NCBI GenBank assembly: GCA_902566305.1
Contig: CACFIK010000001.1
Location: 29,205-93,204 of the forward strand
Origin: an uncultured SAR86 cluster bacterium
Lineage (GTDB): Bacteria > Pseudomonadota > Gammaproteobacteria > Magnimaribacterales > AG-339-G14
Reading direction: 5' to 3'
Length of the DNA: 64,000 nucleotides
Position 1 is the first letter of the stretch; every line of letters begins with the position of its first letter. Positions 9,843 through 19,779 of this stretch are shown in pieces. The translations under genes were made by a program, and so were the position numbers. Under the pieces are notes generated by a model, which worked only from the letters and a program-made list of their open reading frames with translations, ran no database searches and had not been told where the DNA came from.

Positions 9843-10717
9843 TGAGTAGGTTGGGTTTATTTATCGTTTCAGCAGTTGTTATCACTGTAGTGATCCTTGC
9901 TAATACACTCTACATAGTTACCGATAGAGAGACGGCAATCAAACTAAGATTTGGTGAGATTATTGATTCTTCAATTGAGCCAGGGTTACATTTCAAAGTT
10001 CCAATTCTTCACACCATTAAAAAATTCGATGAGAGAGTTTTAACTTTAGATAATTTACCTCAACCTTACTTTACTGCTGAGAAAAAAAGATTGATTGTTG
10101 ATTACTTTGTTAAGTGGAGAATTACTAACGATGAGCAGTTCTATATCACCACATCAGGCGGTCAACTTTCAGCCCTGAGAGCGCTTTTGACTCAAAGAGC
10201 CGATGAGGGTTTAAGAAACCAATTTGGTACAAGAAGCGTCCAAGAGGTTGTTTCTGGAGAAAGAGACGAGCTTATGGCTAATCTAACTACCAATCTTAAC
10301 CAAACAGTTGGGGACGAATTGGGTATCGAAGTAATTGATGTAAGGATAAAAAAGATTGAATTACCTAATGAGGTTAACGACTCAGTTTATAACAGAATGA
10401 GAACTGAGCGTGAAAGGTTAGCACAAGAACTAAGAGCTCAAGGAAATGAAATTGCTGAAGAATTAAGAGCTACTGCTGATAAAGAAAGGACAATAATTCT
10501 AGCTAATGCGTATAAAATTTCTGAAGAATTGAGAGGTGAGGGTGATGCAACCGCAGCTAACATCTATGCTGATGCATTTAATGAAGATCCAGAATTTTAT
10601 GAATTCACTAGAAGTCTAAAAGCTTATCAGATGTCTTTCAAAAACAAATCAGATGTTCTTTTAATTGATCCCGATAGCGATTTTTTCAAATACTTGGATA
10701 GCTCAAAAGGTAATTAA
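9842..10717 (+). CDS. hflC: FtsH protease modulator HflC
   Basis: 291 aa. N-terminal TM segment plus an SPFH/band-7 domain. Directly coupled to hflK. Confidence 0.93.
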   Translation: MSRLGLFIVSAVVITVVILANTLYIVTDRETAIKLRFGEIIDSSIEPGLHFKVPILHTIKKFDERVLTLDNLPQPYFTAEKKRLIVDYFVKWRITNDEQFYITTSGGQLSALRALLTQRADEGLRNQFGTRSVQEVVSGERDELMANLTTNLNQTVGDELGIEVIDVRIKKIELPNEVNDSVYNRMRTERERLAQELRAQGNEIAEELRATADKERTIILANAYKISEELRGEGDATAANIYADAFNEDPEFYEFTRSLKAYQMSFKNKSDVLLIDPDSDFFKYLDSSKGN

Positions 10718-10722
10718 TAGGT

Positions 10723-11703
10723 ATGTCAGATTTCTGGAATCTCCCGGATGGAGTCGAAGAAATCGTTCCTCCTCTTTCTTCTAACTTAGAAAAAACAAAA
10801 ACTGAGTTACTAGATTATTTTCAAAATAAAGGTTTTGATCTCATTTTTACTCCTTTGGTCGAATATTCTGATTCTATAGGAGGTCTAGCAAATGAAGAAT
10901 TATCAAGGTCGAGTTTTCAGTTTTCAGATACAAACTCGGAAAGATCTCTAGCTTTAAGACCTGATATTTCACAACAGGTAGCTAGAATAGACAGAAGATT
11001 TCTAACTGAAAAAAATAAAAAATACTGTTACTACGGCGAAGTTACAAAAAAACCACTTGGCTCTTTTACTAAAGCAATCAGCACCATGAAAGTTGGGCTA
11101 GAAATTTTTTACGAAAGCGAGAAAGGCGTCAAAGAGGATATTTTTAATGCCTTATCTGGAGCTCTTAAAAAATTAGGCCTCAAAGATTATGTCCTCACCA
11201 TTGGTGATATTTCTATTCTTGATGAAATACTAGATAAACTGAGATTCCCTTTAGATAAAAGAAATAAACTAAAGAGTATTTTATCCTCAAGATCAAAAAG
11301 TGATTTATCTGAATTTCTAAAGCAAGAAGGTAAAGGAAAAAGAACTTTAGTAATGTTGTCTAATTTACTCGACATTATTGGTGATTATGAGCAGGAATTT
11401 AAGAACCTTAATTTAATTTGCAAGGAATTAAAAATTGATCCTAAAAAATTAAGAAGCATCAAACAATCTTTCGATATTCTTGAAAAAAATAAAATTAAGA
11501 ATGTTTTAGTTGATATGGTTGATTTTCCTGGTTACTCGTATCACTCTGGTATAGTTTTTTCTATCTTTCAACCAAAGACGGGAGTGCCCTTAATTAATGG
11601 CGGGCAATATAAAACTCCTTTTTCAAAAGCAAATAAAAAAGAAAGAAAGGGTATGGGTTTTGATATAGATTTAATCTCTATTTTAAAATTACAAAGTAAA
11701 TGA
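10723..11703 (+). CDS. hisZ: ATP phosphoribosyltransferase regulatory subunit (HisRS paralogue)
   Basis: 326 aa with a class-II aaRS-like core (LPDGVEEIVPP..., ALRPDISQQVAR). It occupies the conserved hflC-hisZ-purA position and has a 4-nt overlap with purA. Confidence 0.85.
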   Translation: MSDFWNLPDGVEEIVPPLSSNLEKTKTELLDYFQNKGFDLIFTPLVEYSDSIGGLANEELSRSSFQFSDTNSERSLALRPDISQQVARIDRRFLTEKNKKYCYYGEVTKKPLGSFTKAISTMKVGLEIFYESEKGVKEDIFNALSGALKKLGLKDYVLTIGDISILDEILDKLRFPLDKRNKLKSILSSRSKSDLSEFLKQEGKGKRTLVMLSNLLDIIGDYEQEFKNLNLICKELKIDPKKLRSIKQSFDILEKNKIKNVLVDMVDFPGYSYHSGIVFSIFQPKTGVPLINGGQYKTPFSKANKKERKGMGFDIDLISILKLQSK

Positions 11704-12983
11704 CAAAAACGCAAAATTTTGCAGTTCTCGGTCTTCAATGGGGAGATGAGGGAAAAGGAAAAATAGTAAACTTCTTGTCCCCAAATTTTCATGCAACTTG
11801 TAGATTTCAAGGGGGTCATAACGCAGGCCATACTCTTATTGTGAATGGCAAAAAATTAATTCTTCATTTACTACCATCTTCTATCTGTGAAAAAGATGCT
11901 CTTTCGCTGATTGGCAAAGGTGTGGTTCTTTCACCCAATGACTTATTTGAGGAAATATCAGAAGCCAATACTTTTTTAGATGGTGTCGAAGATAGATTAA
12001 AAATAAGTTCTGCCTGCGTTCTTATCCTCGATCATCATAAAAAATTTGATCAATGCAGAGAAAAATCTAATTCATTTAAAACTATTGGAACCACTGGGAG
12101 AGGTATAGGTCCTGCATATGAAGATAAAGTAGGAAGGAGAGCAATTAGATTGGTTGATTGTTTTTACGAAAAGATTTTGGAAGAAAAATTAAGGGAAAAT
12201 TTAGATTTTTATAATTTTATGTTTAATAAACTTTTTTCAGTTGAAGAGGTTAGTTTTCAGGAAACCTTTGAAAAGGCCTTAAGTTATGGTGAAAGATTGA
12301 GACCTATGACGAAAGATATTTCTAAACTTATTATAGAAATGAACAATGATGGAAAGAAGGTTCTTTTTGAAGGTGCTCAAGGAGCTTTATTAGATGTCGA
12401 TAATGGAACTTATCCTTATGTTACTTCAAGTAACTCATCTGCAGCTGGTATTGCTTCTGGTTCTGGCTTAGGACCGCTATCGGTAAGTAATATTTTAGGT
12501 ATTGCAAAAGCCTATACTACTAGGGTCGGAGAGGGGCCAATGCCTACAGAATTGTTTGATGACATTGGTATTCATATTGCAAAGAAAGGTGGCGAGGTAG
12601 GGGCTACCACAGGAAGGCCAAGAAGATGTGGATGGTTTGATGCTGTTGCTATGAAAAAGGTTATTCAATCTAACAGCGTTAAAAGCCTTTGTATTACAAA
12701 ACTTGACGTATTTGATGGAATGGAAAGTATTAAAATTTGCGAAAGCTATGATAATTCAGATGAATTCTTTGAGGAATCTCTCAATCTAGATCACGTAAAG
12801 CCTCAATATATTGAGTTATCAGGATGGAAAAAACCCATTTATGGTTTAAAGACTTTGGATGATTTTCCAAACGAAGCCTTAGAATTTATTTCTAAAATCG
12901 AAGAGGTTTGCGGTGTATCTGTTGACATCATTTCAACTGGACCAGAAAGAGAAAGTACTATATTCAAAAACGATATTATCTAG
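11700..12983 (+). CDS. purA: adenylosuccinate synthase
   Basis: 427 aa. Motifs GLQWGDEGKGKIV, GGHNAGHT and TTGRGIGPAYEDK. Confidence 0.96.
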   Translation: MTKTQNFAVLGLQWGDEGKGKIVNFLSPNFHATCRFQGGHNAGHTLIVNGKKLILHLLPSSICEKDALSLIGKGVVLSPNDLFEEISEANTFLDGVEDRLKISSACVLILDHHKKFDQCREKSNSFKTIGTTGRGIGPAYEDKVGRRAIRLVDCFYEKILEEKLRENLDFYNFMFNKLFSVEEVSFQETFEKALSYGERLRPMTKDISKLIIEMNNDGKKVLFEGAQGALLDVDNGTYPYVTSSNSSAAGIASGSGLGPLSVSNILGIAKAYTTRVGEGPMPTELFDDIGIHIAKKGGEVGATTGRPRRCGWFDAVAMKKVIQSNSVKSLCITKLDVFDGMESIKICESYDNSDEFFEESLNLDHVKPQYIELSGWKKPIYGLKTLDDFPNEALEFISKIEEVCGVSVDIISTGPERESTIFKNDII

Positions 12984-13383
12984 CAGCAATATAAGAGTCT
13001 AGAACTCCATTTATAAATCTATAACTATCCTCTTGGCCAAATTTTTTGGCTAATTTTACAGCCTCATTAATTACTATTGGATAGTCTATATCTGAATTTT
13101 CAATTTCAAAGATAGATTGTCGAAGAATTGAAATTTCTATTTCACCGATTGACTTAATTTCAATGCTTGAGTTATCAGCGATACTTTTATTCAATGAATC
13201 ATTATTTTTATTTATTCCCTTTAAATTTTTGGCTACGTTGGAAATATCAAATTCTCTGTATGCTTTCTTGAATTGATTGATTAAATTTGTATTAGAAATA
13301 TCTGATATTTCTTTTTGATAAAGAGCCTGTAAAAGAATCTCTCTGGTTTTTGTGGGGGAAATCTTTTTTTTAACCAGCGGCAT
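12976..13383 (-). CDS. nusB: transcription antitermination factor NusB
   Basis: ATG at 13383 gives MPLVKKKISPTKTREILLQALYQ..., matching the NusB N-terminus. The track ORF starts 6 codons earlier at a TTG (13401). It is the last gene of the rib-nusB operon. Confidence 0.88.
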   Translation of the reverse strand: MPLVKKKISPTKTREILLQALYQKEISDISNTNLINQFKKAYREFDISNVAKNLKGINKNNDSLNKSIADNSSIEIKSIGEIEISILRQSIFEIENSDIDYPIVINEAVKLAKKFGQEDSYRFINGVLDSYIAAR

Positions 13384-13834
13384 CTTTAGAAAATAAGTCA
13401 ATCATCATAAGAAGACTTTTTGCATATTCAGATCCCTTGACCTCTGCTCTTTGTTTTGCCTGTAATTCGTTATTGGTAGTTAATACTCCAAAAATAACTG
13501 GTTTCTTATTTGAAATGCTTACTTGAGATAAAGACCTTGCGGTTTCATGAGCAAGCACTTCAAAGTGATAAGTTTCTCCCTTGATAATGACGCCTAAAGC
13601 TAAGACAGCATCGTATGAACTAATAAATTTTTCAGCAGCTTGTGATAACTCAAACGCACCTGGTACTTCAACACTATCAATATGATTTACGTTGAACCCT
13701 TTTAGTTCAGAAATTGCATCTTCTTGCATGACATCTATGACCTCCCGATTCCAAGAGGTTGAGACTATTAAAATACGATAGTTAGAATAATCTTTTTTAT
13801 CGACGTTAATTTCTGTTTTACTAAAGTCAGTCAT
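13370..13834 (-). CDS. ribH: 6,7-dimethyl-8-ribityllumazine synthase
   Basis: 154 aa. Motifs VPGAFEL, GVIIKGETYHFE and FGVLTT, typical of lumazine synthase. Confidence 0.93.
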   Translation of the reverse strand: MTDFSKTEINVDKKDYSNYRILIVSTSWNREVIDVMQEDAISELKGFNVNHIDSVEVPGAFELSQAAEKFISSYDAVLALGVIIKGETYHFEVLAHETARSLSQVSISNKKPVIFGVLTTNNELQAKQRAEVKGSEYAKSLLMMIDLFSKDAAG

Positions 13835-13836
13835 GA

Positions 13837-14910
13837 TTAATTTGAAATAAATTCAATAACTTCTAAATCAAATCCAGATAGCGATGGGTATTTAGCTTCT
13901 GCGCCAAGGAGTCTAATTTTTGACACGCCAAACTCTTTTAGTATTTGTGAACCAACACCTATCCTTCTTTTATCTGAATCTGAAGAATCATTTTTTTCTT
14001 CGATATCATCGTCAGGCTGAGTTAAATCTGAACTAATTAATACGATCAAACCATTTTCAGAAGCCGATATTTTTTTCATCGCATCCTCGAGAGACCATCT
14101 CTCACCAAAATCATTAGATTTAAAAATATCATGCTTTATATTGATTTGTTGGACTCTAACAAGGGTTGGTTCAGATGACTTTATTTCTCCCATTTTTAAA
14201 GCATAGTGGACTTCATTTAAAAGAGAGTCTTTGTAAACAAAAAAACTAAACTTTCCATATTTATTTTTTATAGATGATTCACTGATTAATTCAATGGATT
14301 TTTCATTCGTCAATCTGTAGTTAATTAAGTCCGCGATTGTCCCAATCTTAAGATCATGTTTTTTGCAGAATTTCTCCAAATCAGGTCTTCTGGACATTGA
14401 GCCGTCTTCATTCATTATTTCGCAAATTACTGCGGCAGGATGGAATCCTGATAATCTTGCTAGATCAATACTAGCTTCTGTATGTCCAGATCTATTCAAA
14501 ACTCCCCCATCTTCTGCTTTAAGTGGAAAAATATGCCCTGGTTGAACTATATCTGAACTTAGCGCTTGAGGGTTTGAAGCGACTTCAATTGTTTTTGATC
14601 TATCTTTGGCAGAGATGCCTGTTGTTATTCCACTTGCAGCTTCTATGGAAACTGTAAATGCCGTTTCATGCTTACTTTTATTAGTCTTAACCATTTGATC
14701 AAGTTTTAGTCTGTCGCAATGTTCTTCTGTTAATGCAAGACAAATGAGGCCTCTTCCATGCATTGCCATAAAATTAATGGCCTCGGGAGAAACATTTTCT
14801 GCAGGTAAAATTAAATCTCCTTCATTCTCTCTATCTTCATCATCCATTAACACAACCATCTTTCCTTTTTTAAGGTCAGACAGTAATTCACTTGTAGTAT
14901 TAAGAGGCAT
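13837..14910 (-). CDS. ribB: 3,4-dihydroxy-2-butanone-4-phosphate synthase fused to a degenerate GTP-cyclohydrolase-II-like domain (RibBX type)
   Basis: 357 aa. The N-terminal DHBP synthase motifs are intact (DDEDRENEGDL, SGHTEA). The C-terminal about 150 aa align with RibA in length but contain no cysteine at all, where RibA has its three zinc ligands. Confidence 0.85.
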   Translation of the reverse strand: MPLNTTSELLSDLKKGKMVVLMDDEDRENEGDLILPAENVSPEAINFMAMHGRGLICLALTEEHCDRLKLDQMVKTNKSKHETAFTVSIEAASGITTGISAKDRSKTIEVASNPQALSSDIVQPGHIFPLKAEDGGVLNRSGHTEASIDLARLSGFHPAAVICEIMNEDGSMSRRPDLEKFCKKHDLKIGTIADLINYRLTNEKSIELISESSIKNKYGKFSFFVYKDSLLNEVHYALKMGEIKSSEPTLVRVQQINIKHDIFKSNDFGERWSLEDAMKKISASENGLIVLISSDLTQPDDDIEEKNDSSDSDKRRIGVGSQILKEFGVSKIRLLGAEAKYPSLSGFDLEVIEFISN

Positions 14911-16006
14911 TTTTCTTTTTAAGCACTAATTTAAGGTCTCTTCCAATGGATTTTTCTTCAACGATTTTTAAATCAGGAGAATTTAATATACCTTCTAAAT
15001 TTTTATTTGTATAAAAACTATTTGCTTTATTACCTAAAACTTTAGGAGCAATGTAAAAAATATATTCATCAATAAGGTTTAAATCAATAAAACTTGAGAT
15101 CAATCTGGGACCTGCTTCTAGAAGAACATCTTTAATATTTATAGAACCGAGGTAGTTGAGCACCGAAGGAATAGATATCTGATTAGCATCAGATTCAACC
15201 TTAACTATCTCTGTATTAAAAGTTTCACCGATTTGCATTTCTAAATTTTCATTATTAGTAAAAATAATTTTTCTTGAATTATCTTGAAAGAACTTTTTAT
15301 TATTATCAATGTACGATTTTGTTGTGAACAAAGCTTTGAGAGGCTGTCTAAAGTCTTGATCATTGACTGCTTCTTCAAGTCTTACATTTAGAAGAGGGTC
15401 ATCTATCTCTAGAGTTCCTGATCCAGTAATAATTGCACCTGAGATGGCTCTATAATAATAACCATCTTTCCTTGATGCTTGAGTTGTTATCCATTGTTCA
15501 TTATTGTTTTTAAAAGCAATTTTCCCGTCCATAGAGCAAGCTATCTTAGCTCTAACATAGGGCTTTCCTTCCGCTAAATGTTTAAAAAAACCGCTATTTA
15601 GAACTGAGTTATTAAGACTTAACTTTTCAATCCCAAAACCTTTTTCTTTTAAAATATCTGATCCTTTTTGGGATGGATCGCTTTGCATATAGATAATTTC
15701 TTTAAAAGAATATTTTTGAATTAAATCTGTGCAAGGCGGTGTTCTTTTTTCTGTAGAACAGGGTTCAAGAGTTACGAATAAAGAACTCCCATCAAGTACA
15801 TCTTTTGTCGAATTCTTAAATTTTGACTCTGCATTGAGAATTGCATTTACTTCGGCATGGTTTGAGCCTGGGGATACATGCCATCCTTCTGAGAGTATCA
15901 TGCCGTTCTTATAAATAAGACATCCTACGTTAGGATTTTCTCTCGTTGTAAAACATCCTTTTAAGGCCAAATGGACAGCTCTTTCCATCAAAGCTGATTT
16001 ATTCAT
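14900..16006 (-). CDS. ribD: bifunctional diaminohydroxyphosphoribosylaminopyrimidine deaminase / 5-amino-6-(5-phosphoribosylamino)uracil reductase
   Basis: 368 aa. CDA-type zinc motifs NHAEVNA and LEPCSTEKRTPPC, followed by the reductase domain. Confidence 0.93.
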   Translation of the reverse strand: MNKSALMERAVHLALKGCFTTRENPNVGCLIYKNGMILSEGWHVSPGSNHAEVNAILNAESKFKNSTKDVLDGSSLFVTLEPCSTEKRTPPCTDLIQKYSFKEIIYMQSDPSQKGSDILKEKGFGIEKLSLNNSVLNSGFFKHLAEGKPYVRAKIACSMDGKIAFKNNNEQWITTQASRKDGYYYRAISGAIITGSGTLEIDDPLLNVRLEEAVNDQDFRQPLKALFTTKSYIDNNKKFFQDNSRKIIFTNNENLEMQIGETFNTEIVKVESDANQISIPSVLNYLGSINIKDVLLEAGPRLISSFIDLNLIDEYIFYIAPKVLGNKANSFYTNKNLEGILNSPDLKIVEEKSIGRDLKLVLKKKNAS

Positions 16007-16458
16007 TAATCGTTAGAAAGTTTTTTTACTTCTTCACTAAATTCAAGCGGATCTTGAAAGCTTCTGTATACAGAGGCAAATCTGACAAAGGCTACTTCAT
16101 CAATTTTTCTTAAATGCTTCATAACAGTTTCGCCAATAACTCTTGATGAAACTTCTCTTTCACCAAATCCCCTAATATCCCTTTTAATTTGCTCAATTAG
16201 TGTTTCAAAGTCTTCTTCACTTACTGGTCTTTTTTCTAAGGAACGCGAAATACCCTCTTTAAGTTTAATTTCATCAAAAGGGACTCTTGATTTATCTTGT
16301 TTAACAATTTTGGGCATAAGGAGTTCGGCGAGCTCAAAAGTAGTCCACCTTTCATTACACTTATTACATTCCCTTCGTCTTCTGATTTGACTGCTGTCTG
16401 CAACCAGCCTTGAATCAATTACTTTGCTTTCTTCGTATGAGCAAAAAGGACACTTCAT
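16006..16458 (-). CDS. nrdR: transcriptional repressor NrdR
   Basis: 150 aa. Zinc ribbon [17 protein letters not shown]...[12 protein letters not shown] plus an ATP-cone domain. Confidence 0.95.
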   Translation of the reverse strand: MKCPFCSYEESKVIDSRLVADSSQIRRRRECNKCNERWTTFELAELLMPKIVKQDKSRVPFDEIKLKEGISRSLEKRPVSEEDFETLIEQIKRDIRGFGEREVSSRVIGETVMKHLRKIDEVAFVRFASVYRSFQDPLEFSEEVKKLSND

Positions 16459-17723
16459 GGATTAATTTTAGATGATTCATAAACGGGAAAGGCAGCACAA
16501 AGATCCTTAACCTCTGATTTTGTGCTTTCTATTAAATTCTCGTTTTTCACATCTAAAATTATATTAGAAATCCAATCTGAAAGAATATCCATTTCATCTT
16601 CTTTAAAGCCTCTTCTTGTAACGGCTGGAGTTCCTATTCTTATACCCGAGGTGACAAAAGGAGATTTTGGATCATTTGGTACTGCATTCTTATTAACAGT
16701 TATGTTCGCTCTACCTAATGCGTTATCTACCTCCTTTCCTGTAAGATCTTTACTAACAAGATTGACAAGAAACATATGATTGTTTGTTCCATTGGAGACA
16801 ATATCGATACCTTTGTCCATTATTCTCTTACTTAAGTGTTGAGCATTTTTAAGAACTTGATTTTGATATTCTTTGAATTCAGGCTCCATTGCTTCTTTGA
16901 AACATACTGCCTTTGCCGCAATCACATGCATTAAAGGCCCTCCTTGAGAGCCGGGAAAGAGTGCTGAATTTAATTTTTTGTGAATATCCTCATTTTCTTT
17001 GGCTAGGATAAGCCCACCTCTAGGGCCTACAAGGGTCTTATGAGTTGTGGTTGTAACAACATCTGCATAAGGTACTGGTGATGGATAAATACCTGCAGCC
17101 ACTAATCCAGACACATGTGACATATCAGCCAATAAATATGCCCCAACCGAATCAGCTATTTCCCTGAACCTATCCCATTTAATAATTCCAGAAAATGCAC
17201 TAAACCCAGAGATAATAACTTTGGGTTTATGTTCCTCAGCTAAAGCTTGCACCTCATCGTAATTGATATCTCCACTTTCATCTAAACCATAGCTGAATGA
17301 CTCATAAATTTTTCCAGAAAAATTTACTTTAGCGCCATGCGTTAAATGACCTCCTTGATCAAGACTCATTCCAAGCACTTTATCTCCTGCGTCACATAAA
17401 GCTAAGAAAACTGCTGCATTAGCACTTGCCCCTGAATGAGGTTGTACATTGGCATAATCAGCTCCGAATAATTCTTTTGCTCTATCAATAGCAAGTTGTT
17501 CTGCTACATCAACAAATTCACATCCTCCGTAGTATCTTTTACCAGGATATCCTTCAGCATATTTATTTGTAAGAACTGAACCTTGTGCTTCTAAGACTCT
17601 TGGCGAAGTATAATTTTCTGAGGCTATAAGCTCTATGTGTTCTTCTTGACGTTTTTTTTCATTTTCCAAAGAACTCCAAAGTTCTTCATCAAAAGATTGG
17701 ATAGATAGATTTTCTGTGTACAT
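16455..17723 (-). CDS. glyA: serine hydroxymethyltransferase
   Basis: 422 aa. PLP-lysine motif [14 protein letters not shown], and [19 protein letters not shown]. Confidence 0.97.
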   Translation of the reverse strand: MYTENLSIQSFDEELWSSLENEKKRQEEHIELIASENYTSPRVLEAQGSVLTNKYAEGYPGKRYYGGCEFVDVAEQLAIDRAKELFGADYANVQPHSGASANAAVFLALCDAGDKVLGMSLDQGGHLTHGAKVNFSGKIYESFSYGLDESGDINYDEVQALAEEHKPKVIISGFSAFSGIIKWDRFREIADSVGAYLLADMSHVSGLVAAGIYPSPVPYADVVTTTTHKTLVGPRGGLILAKENEDIHKKLNSALFPGSQGGPLMHVIAAKAVCFKEAMEPEFKEYQNQVLKNAQHLSKRIMDKGIDIVSNGTNNHMFLVNLVSKDLTGKEVDNALGRANITVNKNAVPNDPKSPFVTSGIRIGTPAVTRRGFKEDEMDILSDWISNIILDVKNENLIESTKSEVKDLCAAFPVYESSKINP

Positions 17724-17753
17724 ATTTGAATTATAGCTTCTACAGCAAATTTT

Positions 17754-18407
17754 CTAAGCTTTATTGGTTATAACCTTCTTCTTTCTTTTTGGAAATAATT
17801 CGGTACACATGAAACATATGGTTCCATCGCATCCCCTGGCAGTACAAAATTGTCTTCCGTACAGAATAATTTGTATGTGCAATTTTCCCCAAAGTGATTT
17901 ATCAAAGAGATTTTTTAAATCTTTTTCAGTCTGGACTACGGATCTTCCATTTGTTAGATCCCACCTTTGCGCCAATCTATGAATATGAGTATCTACAGGA
18001 AATGTTTCTATTCCAAAAGCTTGATTTAGAACCACAGATGCAGTCTTGTGCCCAACTCCTGGAAGATCTTCTAATGCCTTTATATCTTTTGGAACTTTAG
18101 AGTTGTGCTGATCTATTAATATTTTTGAGGTTTCAACTATCGCCTTAGTTTTTTTGGGTGCAAGACCGCAACTTTTAATGTAGTTGTATATCTTGTCATG
18201 GCCAAGAGAGAGCATCTCTTCTGGGGAAGAAGCTACTTTAAAAAGTTCTTTAGTTACGATATTTACCCTTTCATCAGTGCATTGAGCGCTTAACAAGACG
18301 GCAATCAGAAGAGTAAATGAATTTTTATGGTTTAAAGGAACTTTAGGATTGGGGTACATTTCTTGCAACCTATTAGCAATAAAAACAGCTCTTTGTTTTC
18401 TATTCAT
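17754..18407 (-). CDS. nth: endonuclease III
   Basis: 217 aa. HhH-GPD motif LPGVGHKTASVVLNQAFG...PVDTHIHR and a C-terminal Cys cluster for the 4Fe-4S centre. Confidence 0.93.
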   Translation of the reverse strand: MNRKQRAVFIANRLQEMYPNPKVPLNHKNSFTLLIAVLLSAQCTDERVNIVTKELFKVASSPEEMLSLGHDKIYNYIKSCGLAPKKTKAIVETSKILIDQHNSKVPKDIKALEDLPGVGHKTASVVLNQAFGIETFPVDTHIHRLAQRWDLTNGRSVVQTEKDLKNLFDKSLWGKLHIQIILYGRQFCTARGCDGTICFMCTELFPKRKKKVITNKA

Positions 18408-18531
18408 AAATTTGCAGGAAGAATTACTTATACTTTCTTAAAAACTAGATTAGTATATGCTTTCGTCAAATAAAAATAAGTAAAATTTATATTTGTTTTA
18501 TTTTACGGTTCAATTAATTTAAGGAGAATTT

Positions 18532-19725
18532 ATGAGAAACGTAGTAATCGTTGATAGTGTAAGGACTGGTTTAGCAAAGTCCTTCAGAGGGGGGTTCAAC
18601 CAAACAAGAGCTGACAATATGACTGCTCACTTAGTGAATGCGCTTTTAGAAAGAAATCCATCACTCAAACCTGAAATGGTAGAAGATATGATTTTAGGAT
18701 GTGGAGCGCCTGAAGGTGCCCAAGGTCATAACATAGCAAGAAATGTCGCAGTATTATCAAATCTTCCAATTGAAGTTGGTGGAACAACAGTTAACAGATA
18801 CTGTTCATCAGGTTTACAAACTGTTGCAATGGCTGCTAACCAGGTTGCTAGTGGTTTTTCAGACTGCATCATGGCAGGAGGAGTAGAATCAATAAGCACC
18901 ACTCAAGGCCAAACTAACATGCATATGTATGTAAACGAAAAGTTAGCTGAAGACGTGCCAGGAATTTATCATGCCATGGGTCAGACAGCAGAGTGCGTAG
19001 CCAAAAGATACAACGTCACTAGAGAAGCTCAAGATGAGTACGCTTTATCCAGTCAGCAAAGAACCGCTGCAGCTCAGGAAGCTGGGTATTACGATGATGA
19101 AATTATACCAATGGATACAGTGATGAAACTAGTCAACAAGGAAACTGGTGAAGAGAAAGATGTTGAAATTACTGTAGACAAGGATGATTGCAACAGACCA
19201 GAAACTACCATTGAAGGTTTGTCATCTTTAAAGCCTGTTTTTGATCCTGAAAACGGTTCTGTTACTGCTGGTAATTCCTCCCAGTTATCTGATGGTGCAT
19301 CTGTTACTTTAGTCATGAGCGAGGATAAAGCTAAGGAACTTGGCTTGGAACCTAAACTCTACTTTAGAGGGTTTACCGTAGTAGGTTGTCAACCAGATGA
19401 AATGGGAATTGGTCCAGTTTATTCAATACCTAAGCTTTTGAAATCAGCCAATTTATCTATCGAAGATATTGATTTATGGGAACTTAATGAAGCTTTTGCT
19501 TCTCAAGTAGTATATATAAGAGATACCCTCGGATTACCTACTGAAAAGCTCAACGTAAATGGTGGTTCTATCTCTATTGGTCACCCCTTTGGAATGACTG
19601 GTTCTAGACAGGTAGGACATGTCGCTAGGGAGTTAAACAGACGAGGCGGCAAATACGGTATTGTCACTATGTGTGTTGGTGGCGGAATGGGTGCTACTGG
19701 TCTATTTGAAGCCTACAATTCTTAA
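18532..19725 (+). CDS. acetyl-CoA C-acyltransferase (thiolase)
   Basis: 397 aa, preceded by AAGGAG. Active-site Cys in NRYCSSGLQ, plus NEAFASQ, GHPFGMTG and the C-terminal CVGGGMG. Confidence 0.92.
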   Translation: MRNVVIVDSVRTGLAKSFRGGFNQTRADNMTAHLVNALLERNPSLKPEMVEDMILGCGAPEGAQGHNIARNVAVLSNLPIEVGGTTVNRYCSSGLQTVAMAANQVASGFSDCIMAGGVESISTTQGQTNMHMYVNEKLAEDVPGIYHAMGQTAECVAKRYNVTREAQDEYALSSQQRTAAAQEAGYYDDEIIPMDTVMKLVNKETGEEKDVEITVDKDDCNRPETTIEGLSSLKPVFDPENGSVTAGNSSQLSDGASVTLVMSEDKAKELGLEPKLYFRGFTVVGCQPDEMGIGPVYSIPKLLKSANLSIEDIDLWELNEAFASQVVYIRDTLGLPTEKLNVNGGSISIGHPFGMTGSRQVGHVARELNRRGGKYGIVTMCVGGGMGATGLFEAYNS

Positions 19726-19736
19726 TAAAAAAGTTA

Positions 19737-19779
19737 AATTCGTCTATCTGTAAATGTCACAGATAGACGAATTTTTTTT
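19737..19779 (+). terminator. rho-independent terminator downstream of the thiolase gene
   Basis: Perfect 15-bp stem AATTCGTCTATCTGT (19737-19751) / ACAGATAGACGAATT (19759-19773) with a 7-nt loop AAATGTC. The T run 19772-19779 begins with the last two stem bases. The stem starts 12 nt after the thiolase stop. The loop contains the thiL ATG (19754-19756). Confidence 0.75.

Noticed and set aside
13835-16006. Expected FMN (RFN) riboswitch upstream of ribB or within the rib operon
   Set aside because: The gaps are 2 nt or the genes overlap (ribH/ribB 13835-13836; ribB/ribD and ribD/nrdR overlap). There is no space for a riboswitch of roughly 140 nt.
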